Part shown: positions 51,550-61,998 of the stretch, one piece after another | Layout: every line of letters starts with the position of its first letter | How positions within the stretch are numbered: position 1 is the stretch's first letter | Assembly: GCA_963775685.1 (NCBI GenBank) | Contig: CAVZJV010000014.1 | Coordinates: 1,056,001-1,120,000, forward strand | DNA length: 64,000 bases | Direction: 5' to 3' | Source of the DNA: Candidatus Bathyarchaeota archaeon | Lineage (GTDB): Archaea > Thermoproteota > Bathyarchaeia > Bathyarchaeales > Bathycorpusculaceae | Program-made: the position numbers and the translations under genes | The notes under the pieces: generated by a model | Told to the model about the DNA's origin: nothing | The model's database searches: none | The model's input: the letters and a program-made list of their open reading frames with translations, nothing else

Positions 51550-52680
51550 TTAGGCTACTCCTTTTGCGTTCACCACAGCTTTCAAGAAGTCCCCAATAAG
51601 CTGGGTTTCCTGCTTCGTCTCCAGAAGAAACGCGTCATGTCCATAAGTGCTGGTTAATTCACAGTAACTCGCCTCAACTCCTGCCAGTTTGCACGCTTTT
51701 ACGATTTCTTGGCTTTGGTAGGCTGGGTAGAGCCAATCAGATTTGAAAGCTAACACCAGCACCTTTGCCTTTAAACCTGCAAAGACGCGCCCTAACTCGT
51801 GACCGTTTAGCAGGTTAAAGTTATCGATGGCTTTGGTGAGGTAGAGGTAGCTATTAGCATCGAAGCGTTTAACAAAGTTGTCACCTCGATAACGAAGATA
51901 ACCCTCCACTTCGAAGTCAGCGGCAAACTTGAAGGGTTCTTTGTCGGAACGGGTTTTTCTTCCGAACTTTTCCGTCATAGATGTGTCACTCATGTAGGTT
52001 ATGTGCCCAATCATCCTTGCCACAGCCAAGCCCTTCGACGGCGACGCTGAGTTGTAGTAGTTGCCGTTTTTCCAGTCAGGGTCAGCCATGACTGCTTGTC
52101 GCCCAACTTCATTGAAGGCGATTTGCTGTGGTGTGTGCTTTAGGGTGGTTGCGATGGGAATTACCGACTGAATTTTTTCAGGGTAAGAACACATCCATTG
52201 TAAAACTTGCATCCCACCCATGGAGCCGCCAACGACCGACAGAAGCGTCTCTATCCCTAAGTGGTCTATGAGGTGCTTTTGAGCTAAAACCATATCGCTG
52301 ATACTAACCAAGGGGAACCCCAAACCGTATGGTTTTCCCGTTTTTGGGTTTGTTGAGGATGGCCCTGTTGAGCCCTTGCAGCCTCCAACGACGTTGCTGC
52401 TTATGACAAAGTACTTGTTGGTGTCTATGCCTTTACCTTCGCCGATAAGGTTTTCCCACCAACCGTCTGGACCAGCGACATGGGCGTCGCCGGTTAGGGC
52501 ATGGACAATCAAGATTGCGTTTGACTTTTCCGTGTTTAATCTGCCGTATGTTTCATAAGCAAGCGTTGTGGGACCTAGCTTTTCGCCGGATTCCAACGTT
52601 AACTCGTTTGGGGGATAGGCAAAACTGTAGGTTTGCGTTGGGTTGGTTTTTTCGTTGGTTATTAGGTTAGTTGCCTCCAT
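51550..52680 (-). CDS. metX: Homoserine O-acetyltransferase
   Basis: [28 protein letters not shown]. Confidence 0.95.
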   Translation of the reverse strand: MEATNLITNEKTNPTQTYSFAYPPNELTLESGEKLGPTTLAYETYGRLNTEKSNAILIVHALTGDAHVAGPDGWWENLIGEGKGIDTNKYFVISSNVVGGCKGSTGPSSTNPKTGKPYGLGFPLVSISDMVLAQKHLIDHLGIETLLSVVGGSMGGMQVLQWMCSYPEKIQSVIPIATTLKHTPQQIAFNEVGRQAVMADPDWKNGNYYNSASPSKGLAVARMIGHITYMSDTSMTEKFGRKTRSDKEPFKFAADFEVEGYLRYRGDNFVKRFDANSYLYLTKAIDNFNLLNGHELGRVFAGLKAKVLVLAFKSDWLYPAYQSQEIVKACKLAGVEASYCELTSTYGHDAFLLETKQETQLIGDFLKAVVNAKGVA

Positions 52681-52702
52681 AAAAAGAAAAAATTGTTTGT
52701 GT

Positions 52703-54004
52703 TTAGGGTATAGCGGTTGCTTTAAGGGCCTGGTCTATATCAGCAACGATGTCTTCAGGGTCTTCCAAACCAATTGAGAGCCTGATGTAGTCAGGTGTTA
52801 CGCCAGTTGTGGCTTGTTCTTGTGGGGTGAGTTGTTGGTGGGTGGTTGTTGCCGGGTGAATTACTAGGCTTTTTGCGTCGCCAATATTTGCTAAGTGGGA
52901 TAACAGCTTAACTGACTCAATGAATTTCTTTCCTGATGCTAAACCGCCTTTTATGCCAAAACCTACTAAGCCACCGTAGTATTTTTTGAAGTATTTTGAG
53001 GCGATTTTGTGGTTTGGGTTACTGGTTAATCCTGGATAGTTTACCCAGTTGACTAAGGGGTGGTTTTTCAGGAATTCTGCGATTTGTAGAGCATTTTCGG
53101 AGTGCCTTCTTTGTCTTAGCGGCAAATCTTCCAATCCTTGAAGGAACAAAAACGCGTTGAATGGGCTTAAAGCTGGTCCTAAATCGCGTAGCAGTTGGAC
53201 ACGTGCTTTAAATATGAAGGCGACGTTGCCTAAATCTGGAAAATCTCCGAAGGATGACCAATATTTTACGCCATGATAGCTTGGGTCAGGTTCAGTGAAT
53301 TCCGGAAATTTGTCGTTGTTCCAATTGAATTTGCCCGAGTCCACGATGATTCCGCCGATGCTCGTACCGTGTCCACCTATGTATTTGGTGGCTGAAGTGA
53401 CGAGGACATCTGCGCCAAAGTCGATTGGTTTTACCAAACCCACGCCAACTGTATTATCAATAACCAATGGGACTCCTGCGTCGTGGGCGATTTTTGATAG
53501 AGCCTCAAAATCGGGCACATCAAGTTTGGGGTTTCCGATGGTTTCGGCGTAAATCGCTTTGGTTTTGGAGGTTATTGCTTTTTTGAATTCGCTTGGTTTC
53601 TGGGAGTCAACAAACGTTGTTGTTCTACCTAGTTTTGGAAATGTATAATGTAGCAGGCTGTAGGTTCCTCCATAGAGGTTGTTTGCCGCCACTATTTCGT
53701 CTCCAACCTGAGTTATCGTTAGCAGTGCTATAGATATTGCAGCTTGTCCCGATGCAACTGCTAAAGCACCTGTTCCTGATTCGATGGCTGCAACACGTTT
53801 TTCGAAAACATCAGTTGTCGGATTCATCATTCTGGTGTAAATGTTTCCTATTTCTTTTAGAGCAAACAGGTTTGCTGCATGCTCTGTGCTCTTAAACACA
53901 TACGAGCTTGTTTGGTATATCGGAACTGCTCTTGATCCTGTTGTTGGGTCAGGAGTTTCTTGTCCTGCATGGAGGGCAAGGGTGTCTATTTTGTTGTTTG
54001 GCAT
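52703..54004 (-). CDS. metY: O-acetylhomoserine aminocarboxypropyltransferase/sulfhydrylase
   Basis: [26 protein letters not shown] (PLP Lys), [10 protein letters not shown]; ATG at 54004. Confidence 0.95.
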   Translation of the reverse strand: MPNNKIDTLALHAGQETPDPTTGSRAVPIYQTSSYVFKSTEHAANLFALKEIGNIYTRMMNPTTDVFEKRVAAIESGTGALAVASGQAAISIALLTITQVGDEIVAANNLYGGTYSLLHYTFPKLGRTTTFVDSQKPSEFKKAITSKTKAIYAETIGNPKLDVPDFEALSKIAHDAGVPLVIDNTVGVGLVKPIDFGADVLVTSATKYIGGHGTSIGGIIVDSGKFNWNNDKFPEFTEPDPSYHGVKYWSSFGDFPDLGNVAFIFKARVQLLRDLGPALSPFNAFLFLQGLEDLPLRQRRHSENALQIAEFLKNHPLVNWVNYPGLTSNPNHKIASKYFKKYYGGLVGFGIKGGLASGKKFIESVKLLSHLANIGDAKSLVIHPATTTHQQLTPQEQATTGVTPDYIRLSIGLEDPEDIVADIDQALKATAIP

Positions 54005-54045
54005 TTTTTGCTTGTCTCTTGTTTTTTGGTTGGAACAAAATATGG

Positions 54046-54058
54046 ATAACGGTGTTAT
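54046..54058. promoter_or_regulatory. Inverted repeat ATAAC-GGT-GTTAT in the divergent metY/regulator promoter region (candidate operator)
   Basis: Perfect 5-bp inverted repeat within the 115-bp intergenic region, next to TATA-like TTATAT. Confidence 0.35.
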
Positions 54059-54119
54059 ATGGGTTCTTGCAAAAAATATTCCAAAAAGAATATTAACACA
54101 CCAAATCAATTACAAAACC

Positions 54120-54674
54120 ATGTTTCCGACCCTCGAAGACATCGCCAAACGCCGAAGACAAATAGGCATAAAGCAAGCCGAGCTCGCCAAGGCCGCAGGT
54201 GTATCACAATCCCTAATCGCCAAACTCGAAGCAGGAACCATTGACTCATCCTACACCAAAGTAAAAACCATCTTCAACGTGCTCGAACGCCTAGAATCCA
54301 AAACCAAAATCCAAGCGGAAAAAATAGTCCACAATGAAGTCTTCAGCGTCCAAAAAAACGACCCAATCTTTGTTGTAGTAAAAGTGATGAAAGAACACAG
54401 CTATTCTCAAATACCAGTTTTCGACGGAAAACAGTCAGTTGGCAGCATCTCAGAGAAAACCATTCTGCGCCAAATCCTCTCAGGAAAAGATCTAGATGAA
54501 ATCTCCAAGCTACCAACTGAAGAAATAATGGAAGAAGCATTTCCTCAGATAAACGAGGACGCTCCTTTGTCATTGATTACTATTCTATTGCAAAGTTATT
54601 CAGCCGTTTTAGTTTCCAGAAAAGGCGTTGTTGTCGGTATAATTACCAAAGCAGATTTACTGCGGATGCTATAG
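54120..54674 (+). CDS. XRE-HTH plus CBS-pair transcriptional regulator (COG3620-like)
   Basis: QAELAKAAGVSQSLIAKLEAG; CBS motifs YSQIPV and GIITKADLL. Confidence 0.9.
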   Translation: MFPTLEDIAKRRRQIGIKQAELAKAAGVSQSLIAKLEAGTIDSSYTKVKTIFNVLERLESKTKIQAEKIVHNEVFSVQKNDPIFVVVKVMKEHSYSQIPVFDGKQSVGSISEKTILRQILSGKDLDEISKLPTEEIMEEAFPQINEDAPLSLITILLQSYSAVLVSRKGVVVGIITKADLLRML

Positions 54675-54807
54675 CTGCGATTTTGGTTTCTATCACCCAT
54701 CATGTAAAGGCATATTTTCTTTGATACGATCTTCGTTATGAGCTCTCAGCGCAGGCTGCGCCTTAAATAGAAAAGCAGCTCAGAAAATGGTCATGAATTA
54801 GGGTTAA

Positions 54808-55400
54808 TTAGGTTGATTGGGAGATAGGATAATTAGCCGTTGTTTGTTTGGATAAAAATCGTTTTTTATAAAGGGGAATGAGCGTTTTTATCACTGCAAT
54901 GCTAAACAGCACAAGGTAAAACAGGTGCGCCAAGGCGAGGGCTGGCTCTGTTAGAAGCAGCGATGAACTGAATGGGTAACCGATTGTACTAGGCAAAAGA
55001 ACCGTAGCTATTGGAATAATTAGCACCAGATTTGTCTTGTTGCTTCTAAAGAAGACTTTCCAGTCAGCTGTTTTGTACAGGACAAGGGTTGCTGTAACGA
55101 ACAGACTTACTTCAAGAGCGATGTTTACTGGGCTGAAGATGTCAATGTAGTAGAACCCTAACTCATGAAGTCCATACTCGTGGTAGAGAGGGGCCAAAAC
55201 AGCTGCAGTCTACCACCTACTAAGAAGTCACCTATTAACGGATGAGAAATTAATGCTAAGAAGTACGGAATTGCCGTTTTACGATATATAATGAAGATTG
55301 GGATGAAAGCTGCTGATGCAACCACGATGGATAACTCTCATACTCTCATACCATCTGATGCAAGATACGTTTTCATGATGAAATAATTGTTAAAGAGTGG
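54808..55400 (-). pseudogene. Membrane-bound metal-dependent hydrolase-like gene, fragmentary or frameshifted (5' end approximate)
   Basis: Upstream frames contain SHPLIGD and VPLLSI-like pieces joining the TM-rich ORF 54808..55197. Confidence 0.4.
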
Positions 55401-55610
55401 GAACAAGAATGAATACACGTTGTAAGATTAGATTAGCGGTTGCCGCTGAAGGTGCAAATAAAGATTTTGGTTGGGTTAGTTCTTTTGAAAAGGGGCGACA
55501 ACTTAGGTTTTGGTTTAAATCTAATAAAAGTCCTCTCTTGCTTGATTAGCAAGCGTGGGATTTGCAACATTTAAATCCTACTTTAACAGTAGGTCTTGCA
55601 GTGATTATTT

Positions 55611-56795
55611 ATGTCCATGTCCGTTACTGCTAAGGATATTTTTTCGAAAGAATTCAACTCTGTAAAAGACAATGACACTCTTTCAAGATGCCTAGAGAGT
55701 TTCAAGAAGGGCATGCCGCCCGTTTTGGCTGTCCTAGATGAAAAAGGAAAGTATGAAGGCATGATTACTAGACGAGCAATTTTAAGGTCAAGGCTTGACC
55801 CTACTATGGCCAAAGTTAAGTCTTTGATGGTCACTGCCCCACAGGTAGGTTTAGATGCATCTTTGGCCGCTTTAGCAAAATTGATGATTGGCAGCGGGGT
55901 TAGGCAGCTTCCTTTGGTAGATAAAGGAAAGGTACTGGGTTTTGTAACTGACGAAAATGTTATTCATGGAGCGGTCACAGACGGATGGGGTAAAAATGAA
56001 GTTGAAACCGTAATGACCCGTGCACCCCACACTTTGGAGTCGAATCGCAGTGTCGGCGCAGTTTTGGGTTTAATGCGTGAATTCGGCATTTCTCATGTTC
56101 TCATAATGGAGGGGGGCGAACTTGTCGGTATGGTTAGCATTGAAGATATTTTAGAGAATATTTACTGGCCGCAGCGACGCCAAACCAAGGGCGATATAGT
56201 TGGAGAAAAAATCGAGACGTTAGGAGTTGCTGTTAAAGGAATCATGGCCAGCCCAGTAATAACCGTTAATCCGAAAATAAGTTTGCGCGATTCAGAAAAA
56301 CGGATGCATGACCACGACATCGCTTGTTTAGCTGTTGTTGATGGCGACCGTTTGGTTGGAATAATAACTAAGCTTGATTTTTTGGAGCCAATCTCCCAGT
56401 TAGAAGCTGCGGTAGACCGCAAGTTGACAGTGCAGTTTGGCACTAAAGACGTAGATGTCTCCTCAGAGCAGCAGTCGTTTATGATGGATGAGTTTGATTC
56501 GTTTGTCCACAAATACCAAGAAGCATTCCAGTTGGGCACCCTGTTTGTCTACATGAAGAGCCACGGAAACACCAACGCTCGCGAAACCCCAATGATTCAC
56601 TGCCGACTGCAATTCCGCACTGCACGGGGAACGTTTTTCAGCGCAAGCGAAGGATGGGGCGTCGAACCCACATTCCGAGTAGCACTAGATCGGCTTGATC
56701 GCAGACTTCTACGCAGTAAAGAACTCTTAGCCTACAACCCCAAATACGCCAAAGACTACATGCGCAAAATTGGGTTGCCATCAGAAGAAGAATAA
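55611..56795 (+). CDS. 4xCBS plus C-terminal HPF/RaiA-like domain protein (archaeal ribosome hibernation factor, Hib-type)
   Basis: Four CBS repeats, then beta-alpha-beta-beta-beta-alpha pattern LFVYMK...HCRLQFRT...FFSASEGW..E..FRVALDRLDRRL. Confidence 0.75.
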   Translation: MSMSVTAKDIFSKEFNSVKDNDTLSRCLESFKKGMPPVLAVLDEKGKYEGMITRRAILRSRLDPTMAKVKSLMVTAPQVGLDASLAALAKLMIGSGVRQLPLVDKGKVLGFVTDENVIHGAVTDGWGKNEVETVMTRAPHTLESNRSVGAVLGLMREFGISHVLIMEGGELVGMVSIEDILENIYWPQRRQTKGDIVGEKIETLGVAVKGIMASPVITVNPKISLRDSEKRMHDHDIACLAVVDGDRLVGIITKLDFLEPISQLEAAVDRKLTVQFGTKDVDVSSEQQSFMMDEFDSFVHKYQEAFQLGTLFVYMKSHGNTNARETPMIHCRLQFRTARGTFFSASEGWGVEPTFRVALDRLDRRLLRSKELLAYNPKYAKDYMRKIGLPSEEE

Positions 56796-57061
56796 GTCCT
56801 TTCTTCATTTCTTTCTGCTCCTTTTCCTTATTATTCTCCCTTTTGTTTCGTGCTAGAAGTTCGAGCAACTAATATCAACTTTTATTATCAAAACAAGTAG
56901 CATCTAATGTACCAGAAGCCACCTCTGGTAGGAGCGATACATGGGTTGGTGAAAGTAACTCAAAATGCTCCAATGTCATTGCCGACTCATAAAAGCTTTA
57001 GCTATATTTTAATACAAAGGGCAGCTTATGCGGTAGTTTTGTTCTCCTGGAAGTTAAAGAT

Positions 57062-57710
57062 ATGAGTGAAGAGCAATCACAAGCTGGTTTTAAACCAAGA
57101 CCCAGGATTCAAACATTATCGGATTTGATTTTTGGGTTAGCGCTCTCGATTGGTGCGTTGACGTTGATTGGCCAGCAACCTGCTGATTTTCAAGCGATTT
57201 TGCTTTCGCTGGCGTTTTTTAGCTTTAGTTTTCTGGTTCTGGTTGGCGTATGGCGGTCCTATTCATCTATATTGTCAGTTCTTCCTGTTGAAACTGAGCA
57301 GTTGGTTAGTCTGAACATTTTGCTTCTCTTCACGGTTTCAATCGAACCTTACCTGTTTAATGAGCTTTTTGCGGTAGGCGGTGATTCATGGAATGGTGTG
57401 TCGGTGATTTATGCGGCGGATTTAGCGGTGATGTTTTTGGTTTTGGCGTTCTTTAATCATTCATTGGGTAAGGAAGAGAAGGGGTGGGCACCTAAGAGTT
57501 TTTTGAAGAAGTTTAGGTTTGAACGCAACTACGATTTGGTTGTGGCAACGATTTTTTTGGTTTCTTATTATTCCTGTTTTCCAGGTAAATGTGAATTTGG
57601 GGTTTTTGGCCGGTGGAAACTTTTTCCTGCCGCTGAGGGTGACTGTTTGGGTTATAGCGCTGGTTTTAGGTTTGCTAAGACGCGTGATTTCGCCCTTCAA
57701 AAAACAGTAG
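57062..57710 (+). CDS. TMEM175-family (DUF1211) potassium channel; frameshift near 57565
   Basis: RIQTLSDLIFGLALSI, W..Y, LNILLLFTVSIEP; hydrophobic C-terminus continues in ORF 57519..57710. Confidence 0.75.
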
Positions 57711-58256
57711 CATTACGCGGTTTGTGGAGGATTGGGAGGGTTCTTTTTGGATTTGGTGAGCTTAGGTTTCCGTTTGCGGGGCTTCAGTTTTTTTCCCAAT
57801 ATGCGGGAATGGACGATGAATAGTCTGCGACGAAGGCTGAAGTTATTCCAATAATGAACCAGATTTGCCCATGCAGGCATTGGTGTATTCTTTAAATGCA
57901 GCTTTGACTATCCCAAAATCGCCGCGATGATTTCTCAACGCGACCATCTTTTAGACATGTTTTTCGCCTTTTGTATTGTTCTTGTTGTGTGTAGGTGGTT
58001 TGGGCGGTATGTTTTTTTTGGGCGGTCAGGTCGTGTTCTAGCTGGGTTTTACATTTGCTGAGAATTTAACTTGAACAGCAAACGCATCCGTAATGTCTAA
58101 GTATTGTAACCCAAGTAGAAAGCGCCCGCGAACTGCATAACCAGCAGGGTGTGGCAAGCGCAATAAGTCTGGCAGTAGCGTTGGGCGTGTTGGTGTGATT
58201 GTAGATGGTCACCATTCGCTTGATTTGCGCTGCAAAACCCAAAGTAGACGTCAAGT

Positions 58257-59045
58257 CTAAACAGGAATTCTAGACCCGTCAAACCCCAATTTCGAAATTC
58301 CCAGCTCTGCACGCATTTCCCGCATCTGCGCTGCATTGAAAACTGGACCATCCCGGCAGACTCGGTATTTGCCAATCATGCAGCTTCCGCACAAGCCGAT
58401 GCCGCACCGCATTAGCCGTTCAAGGCTGGCTTCTATGGGGAGTTTGCGTTGTTCGGTCATTTCGAAGATTTTTTTAACCATGACTTCGGGTCCGCAGGTG
58501 TAGATCATGTCGAATTGTTCTTTTTCAAGCAGACTTGCCAGCGGCTGGGTGACGAGGCATTGCAATCCTGCAGTACCGTCTTCGGTTGTGGTAATCAAAT
58601 TCTTTTCAGAGCAAATCCCGCCCAATTCACGTACAAATAGAAGATCATTTTTGGTTTTGGCGCCCTCCACAAACGAGAGCCGCTCGGTCTTTGCAGATAG
58701 CTGCTTTGCCAAAAACAGCAGGGGCGCTGTGCCTGTTCCGCCGCCGACGAGGAGCACTCTGCCCCGGCTTTCCGTGAACCAGTTGCCGAACGGACCACGC
58801 AGACCAACCGTTGAACCTGCCTCCAATGAGTGTAGGTGACGCGTAGCATCACCAACCGCCTTCACTGATACGGAAACCAACCCGTTGCCTGCATCAAGCA
58901 CACTAAGCGGAATCTCGTCAACTCCTGGAATCCATAGCATTAGAAACTGACCTGGCTTGGCTTTGCTGCATAGTTTATCGGAAAAGGTAAAGGTTTTCAC
59001 TGTTGAACCCTCATTTTGAATCCGAACAATCTGCGTTGTGCGCAT
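58257..59045 (-). CDS. pyrK: Dihydroorotate dehydrogenase electron-transfer subunit
   Basis: PGQFLMLW, RGPFG, GGGTG, CGPEVM, MRCGIGLCGSC...VCRDGPVF. Confidence 0.93.
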   Translation of the reverse strand: MRTTQIVRIQNEGSTVKTFTFSDKLCSKAKPGQFLMLWIPGVDEIPLSVLDAGNGLVSVSVKAVGDATRHLHSLEAGSTVGLRGPFGNWFTESRGRVLLVGGGTGTAPLLFLAKQLSAKTERLSFVEGAKTKNDLLFVRELGGICSEKNLITTTEDGTAGLQCLVTQPLASLLEKEQFDMIYTCGPEVMVKKIFEMTEQRKLPIEASLERLMRCGIGLCGSCMIGKYRVCRDGPVFNAAQMREMRAELGISKLGFDGSRIPV

Positions 59046-59049
59046 GCTA

Positions 59050-59967
59050 TTATTTGTGGTGTGCAAGGCCGACAATTTCAGATACGCTCCCAAAATGTTT
59101 TCGTCTCAAATATGCTTCTACGCCCCTATTTATGGTTTGGAAGACTTCGGTGTCAAGGGCAACCGCTGTGCCGATTTGAACCGCTGATGCGCCTGCCAAG
59201 AAAAACTGGATTGCATCCTTCCAATCTGACACGCCGCCGCAACCGATGATAGGTACCTCAAGTACTTCAGCGATGTCGTACACGCACCGCAGCGCCACAG
59301 GCTTAACGGCTGGACCTGACAAGCCACCTTTTATGTTGCTTAAAACTGGCAACATGGTTTCGGCATCAATTGCCATCGCCTTGAGGGTGTTCACGCAGGT
59401 CAAGGCGTCGGCTCCTGCCTCAACGGCTGCTTGAGCCAACACTGTTATTTCCGCAACATTAGGCGAGAGCTTTACAATCAAGGGTTTGGTGATGGTAGCC
59501 TTAACTTGCTGCACGATTTCTGTTAGAAATTTTGGGCTCTGACCAATCTCAGCCCCAGTTTGCTTTACATGTGGGCAGGAAACGTTGAGCTCAACGGCGT
59601 CGGCACCTGCTTCAACGGCTTTTTTTGCTACCGTCGCGTACTCCTCAGCGGAGTAGCCAAAAACGCTCACGATTACTGGAACATGTAGAACGGTTTTGGA
59701 GAATTTAATTTCTTCTGCGTAAATGTTGATACCCGGGTTGGGCAATCCCATGGCATTGATGAGCCCGCTTTCTGCTTGGACAATGGTTGGGTTAGAGTAG
59801 CCTACGCGAGGTTCGGTACCTATCGATTTGGTAACTACGGCACCAGCTCCGCCCTTTGATACTCGATTAAGGGACTCTGGTGTGTACCCCAAAATTCCAG
59901 AAGCCAAAATCGTTGGGTTCGCCAGATTCAGACCAGCAAAGCTTATGCTTAAAGGATTGCTTTCCAA
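59050..59967 (-). CDS. pyrD: Dihydroorotate dehydrogenase 1B, catalytic subunit
   Basis: NAMGLPNPG, ELNVSCPH, VKLSPN, GGLSGPAVKP. Confidence 0.96.
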   Translation of the reverse strand: MESNPLSISFAGLNLANPTILASGILGYTPESLNRVSKGGAGAVVTKSIGTEPRVGYSNPTIVQAESGLINAMGLPNPGINIYAEEIKFSKTVLHVPVIVSVFGYSAEEYATVAKKAVEAGADAVELNVSCPHVKQTGAEIGQSPKFLTEIVQQVKATITKPLIVKLSPNVAEITVLAQAAVEAGADALTCVNTLKAMAIDAETMLPVLSNIKGGLSGPAVKPVALRCVYDIAEVLEVPIIGCGGVSDWKDAIQFFLAGASAVQIGTAVALDTEVFQTINRGVEAYLRRKHFGSVSEIVGLAHHK

Positions 59968-60145
59968 ACAAATTCACCCTACAATCTAAGGTTAATGCTT
60001 TTAGTTAGATAAAGCTTCTTTTGCCGTTTGTGGATGGAAATAGGCTAAGTTTGCCTTTCTGATGTTTAAATTGCGTGGATTGTTAAAGTGGAGGTTGTAT
60101 TTGTGAAAAAAGAAAAATGAGGGTGTAGCAAGACTTTAAAGCGGC

Positions 60146-60196
60146 TTATTTCTTCTTTTTAGCCTTTTTATCTACTTTTTTTGCTGCTTTAGCCAA
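60146..60196 (-). CDS. Putative 16-aa Lys/Ala-rich micro-peptide MAKAAKKVDKKAKKKK
   Basis: SD GAGGT upstream of TTG, TATA-like TTTAAATATAAA about 60230-60241, T-rich terminator-like tract about 60100-60120. Confidence 0.55.
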   Translation of the reverse strand: MAKAAKKVDKKAKKKK

Positions 60197-60424
60197 GATA
60201 TTAACCTCAAAGCTACAATTGGCTCCAATTTATATTTAAAATTTGCTAAATCCCAATCCACCTGCCTTAACTGTCAAAATGGCGTAAAAACAGGCGCTAT
60301 AAGCAAAATAAGCCAAAAAATAGGCGACTAATTACTGGTTTTTTCCCATACTTTTTCACTGGTCAAATTTTACATTTATCTGTTAAAATCAAGTGCTTGC
60401 TGAATTGAGGGTTTTATGAATTTT

Positions 60425-60808
60425 CTAACTAACCGATTCGGACGTAACATCAAAACCATTAAACAACAAATCCTCAAGGCTCCGAGCAATACCCAAGCAA
60501 TCGCCATACGTTTGTTGCTTAAGTTTTCGAACCAAACGAACATACTGAGCAAGAGTACCCATTATTATCATGTCTGTCTTTTTAATTTCAAACTTACCAA
60601 CAGTGGCAGCGACTGCAACCTCTCCGCCGCGGGAAAGCATTTCTTGTTTTACAATGTTTGCGGTTTTTGGGTCAACCTCTTCAAACTTGACCAAACGAAA
60701 AACTGCTTTTAGAGCCATAATTTTGACTCCGACTGGATGTACATCAATTTTAATTAGTTCAGCTTGGGCTTCGCTTGAATTCTTGAACTCAAGAATTGTT
60801 GGCTTCAT
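60425..60808 (-). CDS. Stand-alone homolog of the N-terminal extension domain of long-form dihydropteroate synthases
   Basis: IDVHPVGVKIMALKA...ANIVKQEMLSRGGEVAV...IMGTLAQY..LVRKLKQQ. Confidence 0.7.
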   Translation of the reverse strand: MKPTILEFKNSSEAQAELIKIDVHPVGVKIMALKAVFRLVKFEEVDPKTANIVKQEMLSRGGEVAVAATVGKFEIKKTDMIIMGTLAQYVRLVRKLKQQTYGDCLGIARSLEDLLFNGFDVTSESVS

Positions 60809-60993
60809 ATCTTACTCAAAAATACGCTCTTTAATTAAAACATTCACCAGATTAACAATTGGGAAGTGATCAGGCAACAACTTGTTTTGCTGATAAAATG
60901 CAGGAACCTTTGTTTTTTCGGCTTATGGAAAGTTTTATTAGGCTGTGTAAAAATTTACACACAATTGAAAAAAGTTAGTAATGGCGAAGAAAC

Positions 60994-61986
60994 ATGAGCA
61001 ACCTCAGAAGTCTTAACCGAAACACCAAAGCAATAGCGGCGATTGCAATATTCTCAGCCCTATACGCAGCCCTAAGAATCATACCCACAGTCCCCATGAT
61101 AGGCACAGGAGCCACATTCCACTTATCCGACATCCTTGCGCCATTGTTCGGCATTTTGCTGGGACCATATGTGGGTGGAATAAGCATAATCATAGGAACC
61201 TTTGCGGCAATAGGCCTGGGAACACCTGCACCCTTCTTCGGTTTAGATTTCCTTCCAGCATTCGTAGTGGCTTTCTCATCAGGTTTTCTAGTCAGGGGTA
61301 AGTGGTTACCAGTTGTAATTCTAAATGCTGCCATGCTCGTTGGTTACGCCGTAAACCCATTAACAGCCAACTTTATCACCACTCCATGGGGTACAGTTCC
61401 GTACCTTTGGATGCATATTCTAGCGTTCATCATACTTATTTCACCGTTAGGACACAAAGCCGGCAAATGGGTCAAGGAGATAAACCCTCCAGAAAAGGTC
61501 AAGCGAAATAAAGGATATATTGCCTATTTGGCAGGTGGATTAGCAGGTTTGACAGTAGGCATTATTTTACTGGTTCTTGCTCTTTTAATGTCTGAACCGT
61601 TTGACGTATTATCCCTCAAAACGGCTTGCGCGGCAGTTGGAACGGTGAGCATAATTTTGTCAGTCACAGTTTTAGTTAATAAACTCAAAATTACAAAGCT
61701 CATTATTGGATTTACAGTTCTTGCGTTCATTGGCACTATGATACAACACCTGACAGGCGGCATACTTTACGAAGTTGTATTAGGACAAATCACTAACACC
61801 GTAAAAGCAAATGCGTATCCAGGAATCTGGAATTTTGTATTCTATATCTACCCATGGGAAAGATTAGCTTTAATCATAGGAGCAGTAGTGGTTGGTGTTC
61901 CTGTAACTAGAGCCCTCTGGAAATACATTGCTCATCCAGAAAATAAACGAATTTTGGTAAAAACTGCTGAGACAAAGTCCAAATAA
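60994..61986 (+). CDS. ECF transporter S component (with an extra TM hairpin)
   Basis: AIFSALYAAL, PLFGILLGPYVG, GTMIQHLTGG, YPWER. Confidence 0.75.
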   Translation: MSNLRSLNRNTKAIAAIAIFSALYAALRIIPTVPMIGTGATFHLSDILAPLFGILLGPYVGGISIIIGTFAAIGLGTPAPFFGLDFLPAFVVAFSSGFLVRGKWLPVVILNAAMLVGYAVNPLTANFITTPWGTVPYLWMHILAFIILISPLGHKAGKWVKEINPPEKVKRNKGYIAYLAGGLAGLTVGIILLVLALLMSEPFDVLSLKTACAAVGTVSIILSVTVLVNKLKITKLIIGFTVLAFIGTMIQHLTGGILYEVVLGQITNTVKANAYPGIWNFVFYIYPWERLALIIGAVVVGVPVTRALWKYIAHPENKRILVKTAETKSK

Positions 61987-61998
61987 AACAACCTTTTT

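Noticed and set aside
53841-54119. Long N-terminal extensions of metY and the HTH-CBS regulator in the ORF track
   Set aside because: They would overlap head-to-head; family-like sequence begins at ATG 54004 (-) and ATG 54120 (+)
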